Origin: Macrostomum lignano
Taxonomy: Eukaryota
DNA: 64,000 bases
NCBI GenBank assembly: GCA_002269645.1
Contig: NIVC01000654.1
Location: forward strand, 313,009 to 377,008
Direction of reading: 5' to 3'
Part shown: piece by piece, positions 58,927 to 64,000 of the stretch
How the letters are laid out: each line of letters opens with the position of its first letter
Position numbering within the stretch: the stretch's first letter is position 1
Notes under the pieces: generated by a model
Databases searched by the model: none
The model's input: the letters and a program-made list of their open reading frames with translations, nothing else
What the model was told of the DNA's origin: nothing
Translations under genes and position numbers: made by a program

Positions 58927-61900
58927 TTAGACGAACACTTTCCCAACAATGGTTCCATGCGAATCGACACTAATAGCCAAATTAGAATCCTTAACTGGAT
59001 AGGCTTTGTCTGGTAGAACTCGACCAATTAATACGCAATCAATTAGCCATAGCGGACACACTGACATAGCATTTAATCGGCAACAGCCAATGCATATTGG
59101 AGCTGATCGATAGCTATCAACAGTGCGACCTCCGGCTGCACGAATTAGCTTGAGCAACTGCGCCCGATCGAGGCCGGTCAACGATGGAGCAATGTACATT
59201 TCGGCAAGCTTAGCAAACAGTTTCGATCGCTTCTTCTCTTCAGTAGCAGTTAACGAAGAAGAACAATCATGCGCAACTCTAGAAGCCAAACTACTGGCCT
59301 GCTGAGCCACACTGTAGCTATTCATTGGCAGCCAGGAGCGTTTAGCTAAACTGTCAATGATCCAATCGATGCTAACTATAGGCACACTGTAAGCTAGTGC
59401 GGAGAGCACAGCCAATGTCCGCTTGGGTGGATTACAAGTCACTAGCACGGCTGTATTCGACGACAGCGTGTCCGACTGAAGAGGGAGTAAATAAAAACAA
59501 TATGATTTAATAAACGATAAAGCTACTAATAATAAGGGGGTCAATTACATTAGGACAGCTATTGCTAAAATTGCGACTCAAGAAAAAAACTATTTTAACT
59601 ATACGATCGTAAATTACGGAAGTTGCTATATTGCGACGATTGGCTCTTTTTGCAACTTTGAAATGCCATTGGTGGCGGCAATTCTAGCTGATGTTCCTAC
59701 TAATATAAATGCATTACTAATAAAAGTTCTAATAGGAAAGCAAGAACATACCGTCACCAGACTGTAAGTCTCCGGCATGCGACCCAATGCTCTTTGAACC
59801 GTACGACGCTGCTCGGAACTGAGACCGCTAACTGATAATAATGGCAATTGAAAATCGTCTAAAGATCGACGCGACGGTACAGAATTAGTACTAGTAGAGC
59901 TGCAAGCCTGGCTAGCCTGACTAATCTGGCTAGACGAACCAGTGCTATTCTTTTTGTTAGTTTTATCTTTGCTGGTGACATTGGTTTCTACGGCAGTTTT
60001 GCCAGTTGATAAGTTCCGTTGAGATCGGCGTCGCTTTAATGTTCGTTGAACTGGTTGGCTGACAGTCCTACTACTAGTAGTAGTAGTAGTAGCAGTAGAT
60101 GTAACACTCGATGCGTACGAAGAACTTTCAATAATAGACAAGCCTGACGCTGTAGTAGTAGTAGTAGTAGTTGCTGACTGCCTCCGACCGCTAATGCGTC
60201 GAACTGACGATGGAGGCGCAGGTGACTTCTTATTAGCACTACGAGGCTTGGTAGTTTTGTTTGTAGATTCACTATTGCAAGCGTCGAGAATGCCCATACC
60301 AGATGTGTCGGATGCTGTAGAAGCTTGCGAGCATGCGGCAGAAGCAGATGCATCTGTAGCAGCCTGCGGCGTTAACTTTGCACCGGACGATTCTTCGGCA
60401 ATGTCTAACAGAGTGACAGGATTGGCAGAAGCCGCAGTTTGTGCTTTTGATAACAAGCTGCGAGTTTCTTTATCTAGATTCGACTGACAGCGAATATCCC
60501 ACAAAGCAACGCGAGGAGACGAATTTCGAGCAACCAGCTGTTCCGAAACTTTTGAAGTTGTTGACAATGACATGACAGGCGTAGAAGTCTGTGCCGATGA
60601 AGCTTGAGGCGTTGCCGATGACGCTTGAGGCGTTGTCGAAGTAGGAGTAGTGGGGGTGTCAACGGCGGAAACGGGAATAACGGAAGAAGACGACTTTAAA
60701 GGCGCCGACGATCGATTCGCAATGGACTCGATACTGGCAACGTCAACATTAGCGGCAAATGTGATTCTACGAGACTGTCTCTGCTGCGAGTCTTTACTAG
60801 TGCTAGCCGATTGAAGAATCGACTTTCGAATCGACGAAGCCGTTGATAGCTGCGAACTAGAGGCTGCTTCTTGCGAGAGTGATCCAGTAGACGGAGGCGG
60901 CTTCTGCTGCTGCGCAGGAGGCGTTTCAAAGCGACCATTGGTTTTCAATATAGCCGCTAGGCCCGTCTGCAATTCGCCAAAATCGGATGTCATTACGGCG
61001 GGCAGCTGCCGAGCTACCAAGCAGTTGGGCTTAGTAGGACCAAAACGGAATCGATGATTATGACTAATATTTGAGACTTTTTTAACGGCACCAGTAGAAC
61101 CAGTTCGTTTCACATTGGTTCCGCTGCCGCCGCGACCGGGCAAATTGGCAACGACCTGACTAGGCGATGGAGCCATACACAATTTAGCAGCCTGATTGTT
61201 GCTTTTTTGAGCTAGCAAGCGTAGCACAGGCTTTGGAAATGCACGATAACAGGCTACCTGATCGGCTGTAGCCGGAGAATCGGTCGGCTCCGATAGTTCA
61301 TCGTCTTCAGCCGTATAGAGTCGGCGATATTTTGGCCGTTTATCTTGAGCCCCAGTTTTATGAGTCAAATTTATTGGCGACGAATCGTTTCCGATTGTTG
61401 CCGTTGGAGATGGCAATTCAATGCCGTCGAATGGCCGTCGAGGAGGCGGCACTTGCGACGGCGCCTTTGACGTGGTAGCTTCACTGGTAGCCAGATTAGC
61501 GACTGACTTTTCGTTTTGAAGCATCATTAAACTGCGCTTCTGCCGATTGTAGCGCCGCTGCTCGGCCGAACTAACGCAGGAAACAACGCGCGCAGAATCG
61601 TTCGGCGACTGCGAAGAACGCGATCGTCGAGATCGAGAATTCACAGGCGTCATTGCTGTCGTGTTTGATGAAGCTTTTAACGATAATGACTGACGGCGAC
61701 TGCTAGTTCGCCGACGAGCAACACCAGATGGGGTTGCATCGTCTAAATTACGCAATTCTACTGATGAGGCTTGCGAACTAGACAGAGAGTCGGAGAATGA
61801 TGCACAAAAATCGTCTGTCTCGGCGTTGTACAGACGACGCTTGCCAGGACGCGGGCGAAGTGGCACGGCAGCTGGCTGGGGAGGTGGCGCGGGTTCTGCT

Positions 61901-62946
61901 GCAGGTTCTGGCGCATGTTCTAGCGCAGGTACTGGCGCGGGTTCGGGTTCCAACGATAACTGAGGAACAGGCGTTGTCTCAACAACAATATTGGCTTCAT
62001 TTTCCTGAGCTGGCGTCTCGGGAGCAAGGATGACAGCAGGTTTCTTAGAATCCTCATCGACAGACTTTTTGTCGTCGCGTCCAACAACATCCCGATTTTC
62101 GTCACCATCTTCAACGTCGCTGCCAACAGATGACGAGTCGCTCAGACTGCCGTTGAATCGAATACCGTCGCGTCGCTGCTGGTCTAAACGTTCTTGGAGC
62201 TCTTTCATCGATGGCGGTGTCGTTGGAACGCGAAGCTTCACGGATAGATAATAATTATCGTTGAAATTGGCGTACTCCTCAGCCGACTTCTGGCAGGCAA
62301 TTTTCAACGAATCTACAACCGCAGTTTTCATGCGCTTTCTACGCAAACGATCCGCGCTAGACTTAAGCTCCTTCTCCGGGTCGAGTCCAGGCTGCATAAA
62401 CCGACGCCTCTGCTTGCGCAGCTGATTCAACAGAGGCGACGATGTGCCACCAGCTGAGTTGTCGTCCGCTGACCAAGCGCCAGCTGGGAGCAGGAACGGT
62501 TCGTGACTAACTTGACGTTTAGCTTTAATGCAGGCTAAGGGCCAGCTTACAGAGACCATTGGAATGCCGTGCTTAACAGCAAAATCGTGAGTCTTTTTTC
62601 TACCAGCACGATAGAGAATGTGAGTGACGCTTAAATTAACCCGGTCGCTAATGCTTGCGCCCAGACGGGTCATCTCTTCGGCAATGCCTTCGCTGCGATC
62701 TTCAATACCTTGACGAATTTCAACGTAGAATCTTACGCCGGTCAGCAGGCGACTAAGATCAAAGGGTTCCGCCGACTCATTATCCACTGACTTGGTTGCT
62801 TCTGACGTTTTTGCTACGGGAGTCGATGTTGGTGCGGCAGCTTCGGCGACTAGACCAGATGAGGAAGATTCTGAATCGGACTGGATTTCTATCGGGGCCG
62901 TAGCCCTGCCGTTTGTTACGGCGTGTGACCGCACAGCCGTGGCAGC
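58927..62946 (-). CDS. MCPH1: Microcephalin (one N-terminal BRCT and tandem C-terminal BRCTs); 5' exon(s) lie upstream of 62946
   Basis: Exons ~62946-59752 and ~59476-58927. N-BRCT LTGVRFYVE..LGASIS..SVTHILY..VSVSWPLAC followed by RRFMQP; C-BRCTs PKRTLAVLSALAYSVPIVSIDWI..SL and KLFA..MYI..LIRAAGG..WLIDCV. Confidence 0.85.
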
Positions 62947-62984
62947 CTGCAACATTAGGTATAGAACAAATAAACATATAAATT

Positions 62985-63420
62985 CGATTCTACAGGTTGC
63001 TTTGGGGCGATTTTACAGGTTGCTTGTGGGCTATTCTGCAGGATGATTGTGAGCGATTCTACAGGTTGCTTGTGGGCGATTCTGCAGGATGCTTGTGGGC
63101 GATTCTACAGGTTGCTTTAGGGCGATTCTACAGGTTGCTTGTGGGCGATTCTACAGGTTGCTTGTGGGCGATTCTGCAGGTTGCTTGTGGGCGATTCTGG
63201 AGGATGCTTGTGAGCGATTCTACAGGTTGCTTTAGGGCGATTCTACAGGTTGCTTGTGGGCGATTCTACAGGTTGCTGTAGGGCTATTCTACAGGTTGCT
63301 TTAGGGCGATTCTACAGGTTGCTTTTGGGCGATTGTACAGATTGCTTTAGGGCAATTCTACAGGTTGCTTGTGGGCGATTCTACAGGTTGATTGTGGGTG
63401 ATTCTACAGGTTGCTGGTGG
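62985..63420. repeat. 23-bp intronic minisatellite (GGGCGATTCTACAGGTTGCTTGT)
   Basis: Direct reading. Confidence 0.93.
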
Positions 63421-64000
63421 GCGTTTCTAAAAATAAAGATTAACTTACTCGACTAAACAAAGAACATAAATAAACATAAGACAAAAACTACTGCAATTGT
63501 GATCAAAGCTTAATAGCAAACAAATTGTTTTCTCTAAGCCCAAGACAAAAAAGATAATAAGGAAAAACAGAAGAATGGATTAGGGAACCATGGATTATGG
63601 ATTATGGATCCAGGACAATAACTATTATATAAATAGTAGAAGGTACAAAGACGAACATCAATTCAGTGCACCCAGCTTAGCTATTGTGTAACTGTCCCAG
63701 GAAGCGAGACCAACAATCAAATAAGAGGGCAATAATTAAGAGTATGACAGACGCATGACGAAGTGAGACAGGGTAGTAACTAATCCTGGAAATTTTTCCA
63801 GAGCCAATTCACGGCAAAAAACGGTTGCTACACGACTATACGCTTGGTTAGCTTTAAGAGGAGCAGGCAAATTTATTTACTTAAACAAGCGCAATATACA
63901 AGATGCTACTTATATTACTACTTGAACAAGTAACAAATCATGTACATTGACCGGATAAGTTTAATACACTGGTTAGATTTAGCTACTTAATTTAAATATC

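Noticed and set aside
60036-62251. Plus-strand and alternative-frame ORFs within MCPH1
   Set aside because: Antisense shadows of the large MCPH1 exon.

Overview
Eukaryotic (invertebrate animal) genomic DNA. GC-rich, Ala/Ser/Gln-rich exons and introns packed with minisatellites and (GACA)n/(GATA)n suggest a free-living flatworm such as Macrostomum; this is inference from sequence style only. Host genes: TAT (-), an EBAG9-like gene (-), a TruA/PUSL1-like pseudouridine synthase (-), an NDRG-family gene (+), Chibby (+), a multi-exon coiled-coil gene (-) and MCPH1 (-). Mobile DNA: a nested cluster at 19.5-27.6 kb (mariner-like TIR elements, a Merlin derivative and a 5.1-kb non-autonomous LTR retroelement), LINE RNase H debris, several palindromic MITEs, and an apparently intact 4.2-kb Sola-like DNA transposon with a 5-exon, 680-aa transposase. 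The most unusual object is the LTR element. Its LTR appears to contain collinear fragments of a tRNA-Leu plus two extra LTR-end/PBS junction units. The element lacks a pol core but keeps an intact 281-aa orphan ORF with its own TATA box, and its two LTRs differ mostly at CpG sites. All assignments come from manual reading and remembered family motifs; no database searches were run.
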